A stretch of DNA of 64,000 bases. Source: Paraspadella gotoi. Taxonomy: Eukaryota > Animalia > Chaetognatha. The stretch is from the NCBI GenBank assembly GCA_051294375.1, contig CM119265.1, positions 22,134,278 to 22,198,277 on the forward strand, read 5' to 3'. Positions within the stretch are counted from its first letter, which is position 1. The number at the start of each line of letters is the position of its first letter. Of the stretch, positions 1 to 13,800 are shown piece after piece. Both the position numbers and the translations under genes were made by a program. The notes under the pieces are model-generated. The model saw only the letters and a list, made by a program, of their open reading frames with translations. It did no database searches and was not told the origin of the DNA.

Positions 1-214
1 GGGCATTCTCTCTTCCCACCGTGCGGCTTCCGTTCGCGCCCAATTGGTTATAAAATAATCAATGCTAGGAAGCGGGGCGTCTAGCCCACCTGTAGTTGCG
101 GAATACAGTCAGATCCGAAGTACTGAAACTAGCAGATATCGGACGGTAATTTGTACCTTCAGTGTGGTAGTAATTTTTTTTTTATGATGCGACTCCTTAA
201 AATTGAAAGTCACC

Positions 215-1571
215 AAAAAGCCGCCATTCCATAACGCTCTCATATTCGCGCAAACAATAATTGCCATAGTTTTCCCGAGTGACCAAACACTGACCGAACA
301 GTTTAGCCTGAATCCTGTTTCGGGTTTTGTTCATCTCAACGTAGATGCGCAGCCTCTTGGCAATTTCGGAGCAGCGGAGTTCTCGCTCTTCGCCCGCGCA
401 GTCGACTTTCGCAATATCGTCCGCGCCTTGAAAAATATTTTGAATTCAAAATTACATAATACATTTGAAAGTACTTTGTAAGTACCCAGATTATACGCTA
501 TACAATATACATTATACAGTACACGCCTCTGCCCAGGTCATGACCCTACCAATATGCAATACCTGTCAAGTATTGCAACAAACCTTTTAGGACGTGATAA
601 ATGTGTAGGCCATGCACGGATTGGGCCAACCCTTGCCAGATGTAGAAAGGAAGAAGAAAGAAAAAGCATTGGATCATAAGAACGACGGGCACCCAGCGAT
701 AATAGTTGATGAACTTCTTACGCCCGCCTGTCGGCAGCAGATTCATACGGGAGTGGGCCTGGTGCGATCCCAGGCGGGGCACTCCGCCGTTCCACTTTTC
801 CGCGCCGCTCTTGTCCACCTGCATGGAGTCGGTGAAAGGGGGGCGGACTCAGTTGGCGTTGGGTATAGAGGGAGAGCTGATAAGTCAAACGTGGGAGTTC
901 TAAATCTCTGTTTCCATTTACATTTTCTGTCGGTATGTACTTATATGACTTTTCACACATCGAGTGTTTTTTTCGCAAGATGAGAAAGATTTTGGTGCCG
1001 TAATACTGTTTAACGTGTTATCGGGCATAGAACGGTGTTGAGAGGAGCTGGTTAAACCAATGTACAATGTACAAGCTAAGTACTTACCAAGTAGTAGATA
1101 CTGTTGGCCCAACAATACGAGTTTATATAAGCTGTTTGGTCGTCGTTGTAGTAGTCGGGGACGAAGCAGGATATTGGGTCACCAATGAACTCGGAAGTCG
1201 CCAGGAAAACGACTGTTAATTTGAAATAAATAACAATAAAAACAGTGTTCTAATACATTGAATTATCTCACTTCTTGCCAGTAAAATTGTTGGCAAGATA
1301 GATGGATTCACAACTACTAATTTTTGAAAATATTAATTAAAAAAAAGATGATTTGAATGTTGAGATAAAACCTTCAAGAATGATGACTTGCTCGAAAAAC
1401 TCGTAAGATATTTTGGTGATACAGTAACTCACTAATTCACTGAACGCATCAATGAAACTCACTGGCAACTATCAGAGCTGTAACAATGTGTTTTCTGGAC
1501 ATTCGATCCACGTAGTCGTCAAAATAAATCTCCGGATCGAACCAACTCTTTATTCCCAAAAGAAAAGACAT
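215..1571 (-). CDS. inx: Innexin (gap junction protein), 5' part; 3' end unresolved and probably runs off the window
   Basis: Phase-consistent GT-AG exons 1463-1571, 1088-1212, 584-818 and one starting at 426 give MSFLLG...FDDYVDRMSRKHIVTALIVAIVFLATSEFIGDPISCFVP...YINSYCWANSIYYL...FINYYRWVPVVLMIQCFFFLLPFYIW. These match the innexin DDxxDR, GxPIxC, YCW and YYQWVP signatures. Confidence 0.92.
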
Positions 1572-3313
1572 CGTCTCGGTTTATTCCACCGGAATGTTTC
1601 TTTATTTGTTTTTTGTTGTTGTAGTTTTGGTAGTTTTTGGTTGTTTTTTTTCCAAGGCGTTTTGGTTTTGAAATGTTACGACTTACGAGTGTGATGAGGA
1701 GAAAATCATCGCTTTGCTTTCGAGAAGGAAATTTTTGAAAGTTCCTTTGCGATGCATGCAGTTAAATTTTGATTGCAAAAGTCAAAAGACCGCCCGTTTT
1801 AATGAAGCCGTCGAAATTTTTCAAAATATTCTGCTTCGGATGTGAATCTTACTCGAACATCGTAAATATTGCAAGAATTAATTTTCGTAGTTGTGAAGAG
1901 TTTAAAAACAATACTCTATTTAATTTTGTTTGTTCTACGTTTCTTCTATATTCGATACATCTGGCTGGTTAGTCACACTCACTGGCCTTTTTTTTTCTCG
2001 AAAATACAAATTTATCGCGCTTTCAATTTCAGGTTAATTTGACTTAATAGAAAATAATTAAACATGAAATGAGTTCCTCTGGGCCGTGTGAGACAAAATC
2101 GTCGAGTGTAGGATAACTATCATAAAAAAATTATGAATGTGGGAAAGGAAATGAAAGGAGGAACAAAAAAATTTCCTTTTTTTAAATTTTTTTTTTATCG
2201 AGTACAATTACGAACGATTATTCCGTAAACTGTAGATTTTTGTAAGTTTAAATTTCTCTCGTTGTATATTTTTGATTCTGACGTAATTTTAACGAGGTTT
2301 TAAGAGTTTCGTAGTTTCTCCGAACCTCGGAAATTAGCGTAATTAACTGTATTTTTCCCTCCGTGAAGTTTCGATCGATAAAAAAAAAGAATCGAGTGTA
2401 CGCTCAAACTCATTTAATTCAATTACTTTTTAGAAACGTTCTATTAAAAACTTTTGAGACTTTTCAGACCTAAAGAATAATCTATTTCATTTTCTTCGTC
2501 GTGAGTAAATTTTTCCCTCTTTCTCTTTTCAACTATCTTCGGAGCAACTGTCTGACCCCTTCGAAGATCAATTAATAGTAATCTAGTTAGATCATTGTTT
2601 TTTTTTTCTTGTGGCGTCACTAGGCAAAGGAGAACAGAAGCAACAGTTGAAATTGTGATGTATTGCACGGAAATAGTCTTTTTTTTTTGTCAATTGATGC
2701 ACTTTATCCACACTGCAACACAACAAACTAATGATGAATAAAAGCATTAAAAAATAATCTAGTACATGTAATTTATTTAGGAAGAAATTTGGCACGAATT
2801 TGAATAGAAAAACAAGTAATTTTGCAACTTTCATAAACTAATTATTCTCATCATGACTGTTATAATAATGTAAGTTAGCGATGAATTCTTTGCTTAATGA
2901 CGAGTTCGTTGGATCTAAAATATCGACGAGGAGTTTGAAGTCAGTGGGAATTTGGTCTTTAGGAGATGAATCACCAAACGGACCCCTGAGATGCGTCAAT
3001 GAAAACATTAAGGGTAGAAAAACAGTTGAAAGTGACGATGAAAACGAGAAAAAAAATTACATGTAAATAAATCAATTACGTATGACCCTAACCCCACTTT
3101 AAGCATCCAATCACTGGAAAATGCAACTTGTATTTTAATTAGTATTTAACCTAATTTTTTTCCTTAAAGAAACACGATTACCAAAATTATTCATTCATTC
3201 ATCCCAATCGAAATTTTTTTCAGTTCATTACAATTTTAGCCCAATTTTAATGTTTTAAAATAATTTTTATAATAATATTTAAATATTCTCATTTCATCTC
3301 CCATTTATCGCTA

Positions 3314-3874
3314 TCAAATGGCACCCTTTGAAACGCAATGCCGTCCAATGCCACTAAATGCCACCTGCTGAGGTTCGCTCCTCTCTTGCTCCATTCCGAT
3401 CACTTGATTCCGACCGACGCCGCGGACCAACGACGACGCCGTCGACGCTGACGACGACGACATCGACGACGCCGCGGCGACGATCTGATTGGCGACGGCC
3501 ATCGCCGCCGAGTGACCCGACGGCGCCGGCGTCGCGCCTGGAAAGGACGCCGCCCCGGGACAAGTGGCGCCGACGGGACCAGAGGCCACGCCCATCGACG
3601 CCGCGACGCCGAGGGAGGAGGCGGCGCCGCTCATGTCGTGAAGGAGTGGAAACGGCGCCGCGTGGAGAGAAGCGTAACTGCGGACGTCGTCTGAGATTAA
3701 TGGAAATTTAATAATCGCTAATTAAATATTATTTTATCGTATTTATTATACGATCAATTTGATAAATATTATCAATGTTATCGAACAAATATCTTTCACT
3801 GCTCACCCGATGTCCTCTCTTCCTGTCTTCTCCTAAGGCAGGCCGCTTTAGGATTGAGATTTCGCTCTGAAAAA

Positions 3875-3934
<60 letters not shown>

Positions 3935-3951
3935 AAATAAATAATAAAAAA

Positions 3952-3989
<38 letters not shown>

Positions 3990-4042
3990 AAATAATATCA
4001 ATATAATAATAAATAAATATAAATAAAATAAAAAATAAAATA

Positions 4043-4073
<31 letters not shown>

Positions 4074-5180
4074 AAATAAAAATAAATAATAAATAAATAA
4101 ATAATAATAAATAAATAAATAAATAAATAAATCAATCAATTAATCGATCGATCGATCGAACTAATCAATCCAACGACTCGCCTCTGACTTGATGCTCCAG
4201 ACTCGTGATGACGGCGACGGCCTGATGCAGCACCGTCAGCTTCGTCTGCGGTTTGTCAGTCTTCAGGTGCAGAGTGCACATCCGACCCAATTCCTTGAAG
4301 GCCTCATTCAGGTCGCGGACGCGGAGTCTAGAGGAGTTGGTGTATCGAAGAGGGTGATACAGAGTGTGGATGGGGCGTTAAAGGGTTATTGCTGGAGAGT
4401 TTTAACCTTTTAAGGGTTGACCAAAGCTGAAAATTTTTGGGCTCCTCGAATATGTTTATGCTTATGAAAGATGAACCTATTTTAAAAAAGTTATCCATTG
4501 CTGTAGAAAAACTCAAATCAGTTCTGTCCGCAAAAAAACTAAAATATACCAATACTTTAAAATCAATGCTTCCAAAGGGAAAAGGGGATTTTTATTATTA
4601 TTGATTCTATTGATACTATTGATATTGATATTATTGATATTATTGATATTATTGATACTGTTGATCATGAAGTGAAAGAAACGTTAATCGTTTCTATTAA
4701 TACTATAAGCTAAGAAAGGATGACCGAGGATTTTCCTCACCTCTCTCGCGCGTTGTTCGCTTGTCTCCGCTCTTTGTCCTTCTCTTGTTTTTGATCAGGG
4801 GACAGAGACAAATCGTCGTCGTTGGCTTCGTTGTCCGTCCAAGGTGAACTGAGATGGACAAAGACATAGATGGGAAATTTTTTATTGAAAATAAGAGAGA
4901 GACAGAGAAAAAGAGAGAGAGTAGAGAGAGAGAGAGAGAGATACAGACGGACAGATAGACAGACAGGCAGGCAGACAAACAAACAGAGCGCCTTTCCTTA
5001 CTTATGATTATAACCGGCGCCAGCGCCGACGGCGGCGGTAGCGGCAGCGACGCATTGCGGCGTTTCTTGTCGATCTTCCGACTTCCGGTCTTCGAGCGCC
5101 ACCCTCCTCGCCTTGGCCTCCCTCTCTCCTCCTCCTTCTCCTCCTTCTCGAATATCATCTCGCTTCCTGACGGGAGATTC
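3314..5180 (-). CDS. da: Class I bHLH E-protein (daughterless/TCF3/TCF4/TCF12 family), 3' exons including bHLH
   Basis: Exons 5002-5180, 4741-4848, 4182-4327, 3807-3866, 3314-3690 splice in frame to ...[77 protein letters not shown]..., the diagnostic E-protein bHLH and C domain. Intron 3867-4181 is GC-AG. Confidence 0.95.
3872..4135. repeat. (AAAT)n microsatellite filling most of an E-protein intron
   Basis: Directly visible imperfect aaat array. The 136-aa FIYL ORF over it is spurious. Confidence 0.95.
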
Positions 5181-6029
5181 CTGGATAAAACACATAAACA
5201 AAAAGAAGATATATTTTGTTATCTTCCTCCCTTCCCCCTTGCTTTCCCCTCCCCCTTCTCCACCTCCCTTCTTCTTCACCTAAAACACACAAACAAAAGT
5301 AAGAAAATTTCCTTATCACCGTCTTTCCTCCTCTTCCTCCTCCTCCTCCTCCTCCTCCTCCTCCTCCTCCTCGCTGACGATCGATATGTAAAACAAATAA
5401 ACAATCGTTTACATCTTTGGCGAGAAGCGCTCCACATCTGTCGCGAGCTTCATTTACTATCCATTCTAAAACTTTTTAAGAAAAAAAAAACTTAGTCGGG
5501 ACGAGAAGGAGACTCAATAAGGAGATTATTGGTCAGTCTGTCTGTCTGTCTTTTAATGTTTCTATAAACAATTAAACATCGTACTGAAAAAAAATTGAAA
5601 AAAAAAGAATAGTACTGGAGGAAAGAGGATATAATAGTGATTTTTCTTTCATTTTATTATTGCAACGAAATATTTAAAAAAGGTTTAATGTGTTTAAATC
5701 AGAAAGATACAAAAAAAAAAAGGATAAAATATATGTATTAAAAAAAAATTTTTAAAAACCAATTTTTATGAGACAGAAAGCGCCAGGGCAGATTTAACCC
5801 TGGAAATCAGTCTTGTTTTAAATTTTTCTTTAAAAAGGAGTGAGAAACGAAGAAGTTGGATAATATTTAGGAAAAAAAGAGGTTTTGGTAGGTAGAGGGA
5901 GTGGTAGAAAGGTGGGATGGTGGAAACGATGGGGTGGTTTAGAGTGGTAAGTAGCGGTAAAACGAGAGAGGTTTGGAAGGAAATTCTCCTGTGGGGCGTA
6001 ACGATTAGCGCGTCGAGAGAGATTCGAAG

Positions 6030-6070
<41 letters not shown>

Positions 6071-7379
6071 AAAATTAAGAGAAAACGTTTATCTCTTTGA
6101 GGAAAAAAAAGGTAATTAATTGGCGGCAACACTTTTCGAACAAAATTTAGAAAAAAATGACCATGTAACCTTCGGCGAAAAAAAAAATATTTTATGAAAT
6201 TTTTATTTATCTCATTTATTATTATTGTTGTATATTGCGCGAAAAAAAAAAATCAGTATATAAATCTTTATTCTCATATTATTTATTTGTAATACAATTT
6301 TACTTTTTGAAGGTTATATTTTTGTTTCATTACTATAAGGGAAAGAGCGGCCAAGATAGAGTACATTGCAAACTGGTAAGGAAAAGACGATGGAACAATC
6401 CGCGATAAAGTGAATGATTTTAGTATTTTCTCGATTATAATTAAATGTTTATAGGCCGTTCATCGATACCTAAATTGAAATTCCAAGGAGATGGGAAATT
6501 GAGATCAGGATCTTAGAAAAAACAATCACTCATCGACATGTAATTTTTTTTAGGAAATAGATTAGGAAAAAATCATTACAACAGCGCTCGACAAATGACA
6601 ACGGCGATATAAATGTATTTTGATATATTAATAGATATTTAAGTATAATGCATATGTTATAATGCTTTAATGTATCATATTATACACAATATTGTAAAGA
6701 AAAAAAAAAATATTTATTTTTTTGGGGGGGCACGAAGAGTGAGCGAATCGAACAAACCACATCTTTGTAGTCTTTTGTTTTTTTAATTTTCCTCCGAGAG
6801 AATCCGGTGATACAAAGATAACTTCGAGTTGAGTCCAAACTCCTTCTCAAACTCTTCAAAACGCTTTGGTGGTACATCATCCTTCATCATCATCATCACA
6901 TCCTTGTAACCCTAACGATCTCATTGATTACAATTCGATTATTCCCGCCTCAGAGATTCGAATCCTCTTCCTCTTCCTTTTTCCCTGCCCCCTCTCCCCC
7001 CTCAAAGCAACGCTCACTTTCCGCCGCAAAAAAGCTTCTCTCTCTCTCTCTCACTCTCCTCTCTCCTCTCTCTCTCTCTCTCTTCTCTGTTCTACGCTCC
7101 CACTTTTCCTTCCACTTTCTTTCTCTTCGCTCCCCCTTTTTTTATTTCCCATCGGCGCGACTCCCACCCCACAACCCACCTCCTCCTTTTAGCGATCGCT
7201 TAGCAGCAGATCCGACCTATAACCACTTTATAACCCACTTTCGGTCTCGTCGCCCCTCAAATTTCCGGCACACACTTATATCAATGTCAGAAATCAAAAT
7301 AAAAATGCAAAAAAAATGATGTCTCCGGTCCACCTAGCGTCCTCCGCCTCCGCGTCCGCCCTCCCACCTTAGCAAAAAA

Positions 7380-8150
7380 ACCAAACCATGGAGAGGATAA
7401 ATGAAATGTTGATAGGTAAGTGTGTATGAGCGAATAAATTCGATGAACGCCGAGTGGAAATGAGTAAAATGGAAAAAAAAAAAAAAATATCACCATAACA
7501 CAAATGCTCATGATGATGGCTGATGACCGAATTGATGTGGACGAAATGTGAGGAACCAGAAGTTCGATGAATAGTTTGAGTGGAAAATATCTTAAATGAA
7601 AAAAAACCAAAAACCCTGTTACAATGATACCCTTTCCTTTATATTAAATGTACTGCAGATAAATAAATCAAATAATTAATCATAATAATCCAATTAGTAA
7701 ATAAATCTATCAATATTAATAATTGCAATCAATCCGCCACCCCACTTAAGCAAAACCCAATAACTCGTGATTCTGGTTGGATTGGAATTAAATTTGTGTG
7801 GTAGGAAAGTGTGTGATAAAGCGGATATAAAATTCGATGAACGTGTGAGTGGAAATTATTAAATGAAAACAACATAAGCCGAATTTACTAAAACTTTTAA
7901 CCTTTTAACAATAAATCTCAAATTAAATCATAAGGATGATAGACTGAGTGAAATTTTGTGTGTGGTAGGAAACTAGACAAGCTTGATAGAAAGTTTCAGT
8001 TGGAAATCACCGAAATATATAAATGAAAAAAAATCTGAGTCACATTACTTGAAATCATTTATATAAACCCCATGAAGATGAGATGATTGTGAGCCGGTAG
8101 GAAAGAGTGAAGAACTAATAAAAGTTTGGACGAATCAGCTAAACAAATGC
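7380..8150. repeat. Degenerate repeat, about 5 units of 100-170 bp
   Basis: Recurrent blocks such as ggtaggaaa...aattcgatgaac...gagtggaaa...taaatgaaaa near 7410-7470, 7540-7600, 7800-7870, 7965-8030 and 8095-8155. Confidence 0.55.
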
Positions 8151-8220
8151 CAATGAAAAAAAGATCAAGTGAAAAATATCAATAAAAAAATCTAAAAGCA
8201 AAGATCGCGCATGCATAAAA

Positions 8221-8252
<32 letters not shown>

Positions 8253-9087
8253 TAGAGAGTACAGAGAGAGAGAGAGTTGAGAACAATAAAAAAACTAAAA
8301 AGACCAAACGACCAGGCCCACATCATAAAAATAATGAAAAAAACGGGGGAAAAAACAATGAAATCATCACTAACGAAGGTTATGTACTAGTAATTGATGA
8401 GGTAAATTAATTACGAGTAATATAATTAATGGTAATAGGAAAGGATATGATTCCAGATAATCAATATATGCGATGTATCATCACGCTGTAGATCATCATG
8501 AGGATATGTCTTCATTAATGCCGATACTGCATCCATTGACGCACTATATCAATAAACACAACAAAGCGTGAGAATGAAAAGAGAGAGAGAAGAAGAAGAG
8601 AGAGAGAGAGAAGAGAAGAGAGGAGAAGAAGAGAGAGAAAAGAAAAGAGAGAAGAGAAAGAACAGAGAAAGAGTAAAGAAGAAATAAATCCACGAAATCT
8701 CGGATGAAACATATGGATTTGATGAAAAGCGGAAAAAATGGCAAATAATAAAAAGTTTAGAAGGAAAAAAAATCAAATTTTTCAAAAAACAAACGATCAC
8801 GCAAAGATCGACAGATAGGACAGACACACAGAGAGACAGAGAGACAGAGAGAGAAGAGAGAAAAAGAGAAGAGAGAGCACACCGCTGCAGAGAAAAAGAG
8901 AGAAAGAAGAAAAACGATATAAATAATTAAAAAGAGAGAAGAGAGTAAAGCCCTAAAGCCCCTTACTCGTTAAAGAACAGCAGTAACTTAATGGCCCGCA
9001 CGTACGGAGCATTCTCTACCCAAAGGACCCGGTTCGCGCCCGCTGGATCTTTACATTATGAACCCACATTAATCTAAAAAATTTTTG

Positions 9088-9136
<49 letters not shown>

Positions 9137-9711
9137 CGAGAGAAAAAGAAAGAACTACAGACGCTGCAAAAGCCGAACTCGTTTTTTAGAAGAACAGTGA
9201 CGGAAGAAAAAGAGAGAGAGAGAGAAGCGACATTAATAACAACGTTGTTTGTAAATAAAACAAAACAATACCCAATATTAAGAAAACATGAGAATTTTAA
9301 AGATCTGAGAAGACCATAATATAAACAAACCCCTATATATCACACTCAGAAGCCATATGCAAAAAAAGCGAGACGAAGCAAACCGAACAAAAATCGCAAC
9401 AGACGGGCTTGCCCCCGGCTCCGAAATAGAGATAGTTTGTTGAATAAAAATGTAACAAAACATTAATCACTCCTGAACTCAATTAAGACATCGATATACA
9501 ACTAATATAAATTATAATTAATCTATATAATTAATAACCTAATTATATAATAAATTAAATATAATTAATAATCACATAATAAATTATTAACGTAGCAGAT
9601 CCGAATTGGTTGCACAAACTTGTTATCGTCGCTCCCTTTTTTATTTCTGTTTCGTCCAAAACATTAGATTCGTCGATCGAATCAAGATCAAAGGAAACGC
9701 GCCTCGCTAGG

Positions 9712-9744
<33 letters not shown>

Positions 9745-10814
9745 GAGAAAAAAAACGTTTTTGGCGCAAAAAGACACGAATAAAGGATTAACCAGGATGA
9801 ATGACGACATTGGCGACGTTGATGATTGTATTCGATGAATATGACGACGACGACGACGACGATGGCAACAATGACGAATGAATACGACGAAGATTAAACG
9901 CGACAACCGGGACGATGAACGATGAACGATGAACGATGAACGATTTGTGATCCGAAGACAAGTTGCGAACGATTTTAAGAATAATGAAAATTGTTGAAAG
10001 AAATTTTCTAAAAGGAACGAACTCTGATAAACAAATATGCAAAAAAAAGGGTTGACAGAATTGAAATTAAGTATTATGGATTTTATTAACACACGGAGTT
10101 GTGAAAGAGCATTGGCGAATAATAAATAATAATAAATAATAAATAATATATATTAGATGAAGAAAGAAAAAATATTAAACGAACGATATATAATATATAT
10201 AAAACGTATTACGATTGAGAAATGAGGTGCTAAAAAAAAGAAGAAAAACAGATCAAATTGAAAAAAAAGTGGCGGGAAAAAAATTACAATAGATCCTTTA
10301 TGATTTATCTGACGAAAAGATATAAAATAGAAGGGAAAGAGAGAAACAGATAGTAATGGTTACCGGAAAGGGGAAGGATTAGGCTTGATAGATGATAGCC
10401 AAGACATTTAATGTTGATATCGTTGTTATGCTCACGACGACAACGCCACATGAGAGATCTATCTGCGAGTCGATTTCACCACTTTCCTAAGGACGAAGAC
10501 AAGGGGTAGGCTTGACTGGCCCCCTGGCGGATCAGGACAACGGGATTTTACAACCGTCTGGAAGTTCGCATGACGATTGGTGTTCTTTAATCGATTTCTC
10601 CTTCGATGCAAAGAAGTGCTGAACCATATATTTCTGCACATATCATTTAATTAATATAGCACGATACTGGCTTTTCAACGTAAAAGGAAACAAGATTAAT
10701 AAATGATAAGGGGCAATGAAATCAATAAGAATTATTTATGAAACTGAAATGAGTTTATAAATTTTCGTTAGTTCCATCGAGTCCATCGGCGTCCACGCGA
10801 AATCCGTCTCCAAC

Positions 10815-13800
10815 ACTATTAATACTATAAGCTTAAGAAAGGCATGGACGAGCGGTTTATAAAGTGCATAGGATCCAAGGCATTAACTCTACCTCTCTTC
10901 GTCGCGGTTGTTCGCTTGTCTCCGTCTGGTTGTTTCCTTTGCGCCGTCTTGTTTTTGATCCGGGACAAGGACAAAAGTCGTTTCGTCGTGTGGCCTTCGT
11001 TGTCTCGTTTTGGCCAGTGGTGGAACTGAGATGGATGTCAAAAGGTACGAGTAGTAGGATGGGATTTTGTATTGAATAATAAGAGAGAGGAGAGATGTAG
11101 AATGAGTGAGAGAGAGAGAGAGAGGAGATAACAGAAGAAACAGATTAGAGCAGGATAGGCAGACAATGACAGGTATACAGGAGCGCCCGTTTGCGCTTAC
11201 TTTATGATTATACCGGCGCCGAGCGGGGAAGGCGGGGCGGCGGTAGGGCGGCAGCGAGCGCTTGGCGGCGTTTCTCTGTCGATTTTCCGACTGTCCGGTC
11301 GTGCGGAGCGGCCACTCCTCCTCGGCCTGTGTGGCCCCCGCTCGTCTCCTCCCTCCTTTTCCTTCCTTCTCGAATATCATCTCGCTTTCCTGACGGGAGA
11401 TTCGCTGGATAAAAACACCATAAACAAAAAGAAGATATATTTTGTTATGCTCGCTCCCTTCCCCTGCATTTCCCCTCCCGCCTTCTCCAACCTACCCTTC
11501 TTCTTCACGGCTAAAACACACAAACAAAATGTAAGAAATTTCCTTATCAACCGTCTTTCCTCCTCTTCCTCCTCCATCCTCTCGTCCTCCTGCCTCGCTC
11601 CTTCCCTCCTCCTCCTGCCTGCGCTGACGATCGATTATGTAAAGACGTAGAACATAATGAAACGAATCGTGTTACATACTTGTTGGCGTAGTAAGCGCTC
11701 CACATCTGTCGTGTAGAGCTTTCGCATTTACTGATCGCATTCTAAGAAACTTTTTTAAGTGAAAAAATAAAATTCTTAGTCGGGACGAGAAGGAGGGATC
11801 TTCCAGAGTTAGAGGGAAGTTTGGTTCAAGGTGTCGGGTGTCTGGTTCTGTCTTTTAATGTGTCTATAGACAGATGTTAAAGCATCGTACTGAAAAGAAG
11901 TGGGTTGAAAAAAAGAGAATATAGTACTGGGTGTTGGATGGAGAAGAGGATAATTAGAGTAGGTGATTTTTCTTTCATTTTTATTTTATTGCATACGGAA
12001 AGTATTTAAACAAAGGTTAATGTGTTTAAGATCAGATAGGAATTACAAAAAAAAAAGAGGGGATAGAAGATATATGGTATGGTTGGAAAAAAAATTTTTA
12101 AAAACCAATTTTGTGTATCGCAAGACAGAAGGAGCGCCAGGGCAGATTTAACCCTGGAAATCAAGTCTCTCTTGTTTTAAATTTTTTCTGTTAAAAAGGA
12201 GTGAGAAGACGAAGAGTTGTGCGTAAGTAGTTAGGGAAAAAAGAGGTTTTGGTAGTAGAGGGAGTGTAGAACAAGGGTGGGATGGTGGAAACGATGGGGT
12301 GGTTTAGACGTGGATATAGTAGGCTGTGTAAACGGAAGAGAGGGTTTCGTGGGTGGAAGGAATTCTCGCTGTGGGGCGTAAGCGATTAGCGCGTCGAGAG
12401 AGATTCGAAGTATTTCTCTCTCTCTGCTGCTCTCTTCTCTCTCTCCTTTCTCTCTCTCGTCTCTCTGAGTCTGCTGCTTCGTCTCCGTCTCTTCATGCTC
12501 GGTCTCTCTCGTCTCATCTTGTAAATTTGACGAGAAGAACGTTTGATCTCGTTTGAGTTGAAAAAAAAGGTAATTGAATTGGTCGGCAACCATCTTTTCG
12601 AAATTTGCAGTATCCGGAGAATCGAAAAGCTAATGGGTACAAAAATTATTTTTGATGAGAAAATTGATCCATGTTAAACTTCGGCGAAAAAAATAAATAT
12701 TTTATGTAAATATTTTATTTTATGTGCTCGATTTATTTATTATTTGTTTATTTTGTAGAAGTATGTTTGTCGGCGAAAAAGTAAATCAGTATGTTTTGAT
12801 TAAGATCGTTTTATTTATTCTCATTTTATTTATTTATTTTTTTTGGTAATACTAATTTTTACTTTTGTAGGTTATATTTTGTTTCATTACTATATGGGAA
12901 AGAAGTGCGGCCAAGATAGAGTACATTGTGCAAACCTGGTAAGGAAAGACGATGGAAAATCTGCGCGATAAGGAGTGGAAGTGATTTTTTTAGTAATTTT
13001 CGTGCCGATTAGTGAATTAAAGGTGTTTTTTCAGGTGTTCCGTGTTTTCATCGATATCTAAATTGAAATTCCATAAGGAGATGGGGGAAATTGAAGAATC
13101 AAGGATCGTTGAGAAAATCAATTCACTCATTCGACATGTGGTCGAAGATTTTTGTTAGGAAATAGGATTTAGGGACAAATATTTAGGCTTGCGACTTGAA
13201 ATGAGCGGAACTGGCGATATAGTATGTTATTCTTTGATATATGTGGATCAGATAGTGTTAAGGTAATAAGAGTTGGCTAAGGTATGGTTCCAGTATGGGA
13301 TCTGTTTATTAATGTAGTCATGATGGTGATAATCAAATGTTATGTTTAAAGAGAAAGTATGAAAAGAAATGATTTTATTTTTTGTTGGGGGGGGGCACGA
13401 AGAGTGAGTGCGAAGTCGTAGACAAACCACATCTGTTGTTAGTCTTTTGTTTGTTTAATTTCCGTGCAGAGAAGTGTGCCGGGTGATATAGCAGGAAGTG
13501 AGACTTTCAGAGGTGTTGTGAGTCTCAACGTCCTTCTCATTAGGCGTGCTTCAGATAACGTCTTTGGTGGTACATTCGATCCCTTTTGCATGCAATCAAT
13601 CGACATCCTTGTATCCTAACGGAGGTCTCAGGTTGATGCTACAAGTGTCGATTATTCGCGCTCCATGATTCGAAGTCGCTCTGTCCTCTCTCTTTTTTTT
13701 CCCTGCCGCTCCTCCCCGCTCCCCCACGGCTTCGAAGTAGGTCAACGCTCACTTTCCGGCCGAAAAACTTTACTCTCGTCTCGGTCTCGATCTCTGCTCT

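Noticed and set aside
1790-3066. Possible small gene between innexin and the E-protein gene
   Set aside because: Short open frames exist but I found no recognisable motif or consistent splice model.
9690-10640. Possible middle exons of the E-protein gene (about 9660-9960, 10460-10640; also 5321-5373 and 16750-16852)
   Set aside because: Splice-like sites are present but the frame is ambiguous and there is no diagnostic motif, so they are not listed as features.
10880-11410. Duplicated basic-region exon suggesting E12/E47-like mutually exclusive bHLH exons
   Set aside because: The copy is frameshifted, lacks the HLH exon, and sits in a uniformly noisy duplicate of the flanking introns.
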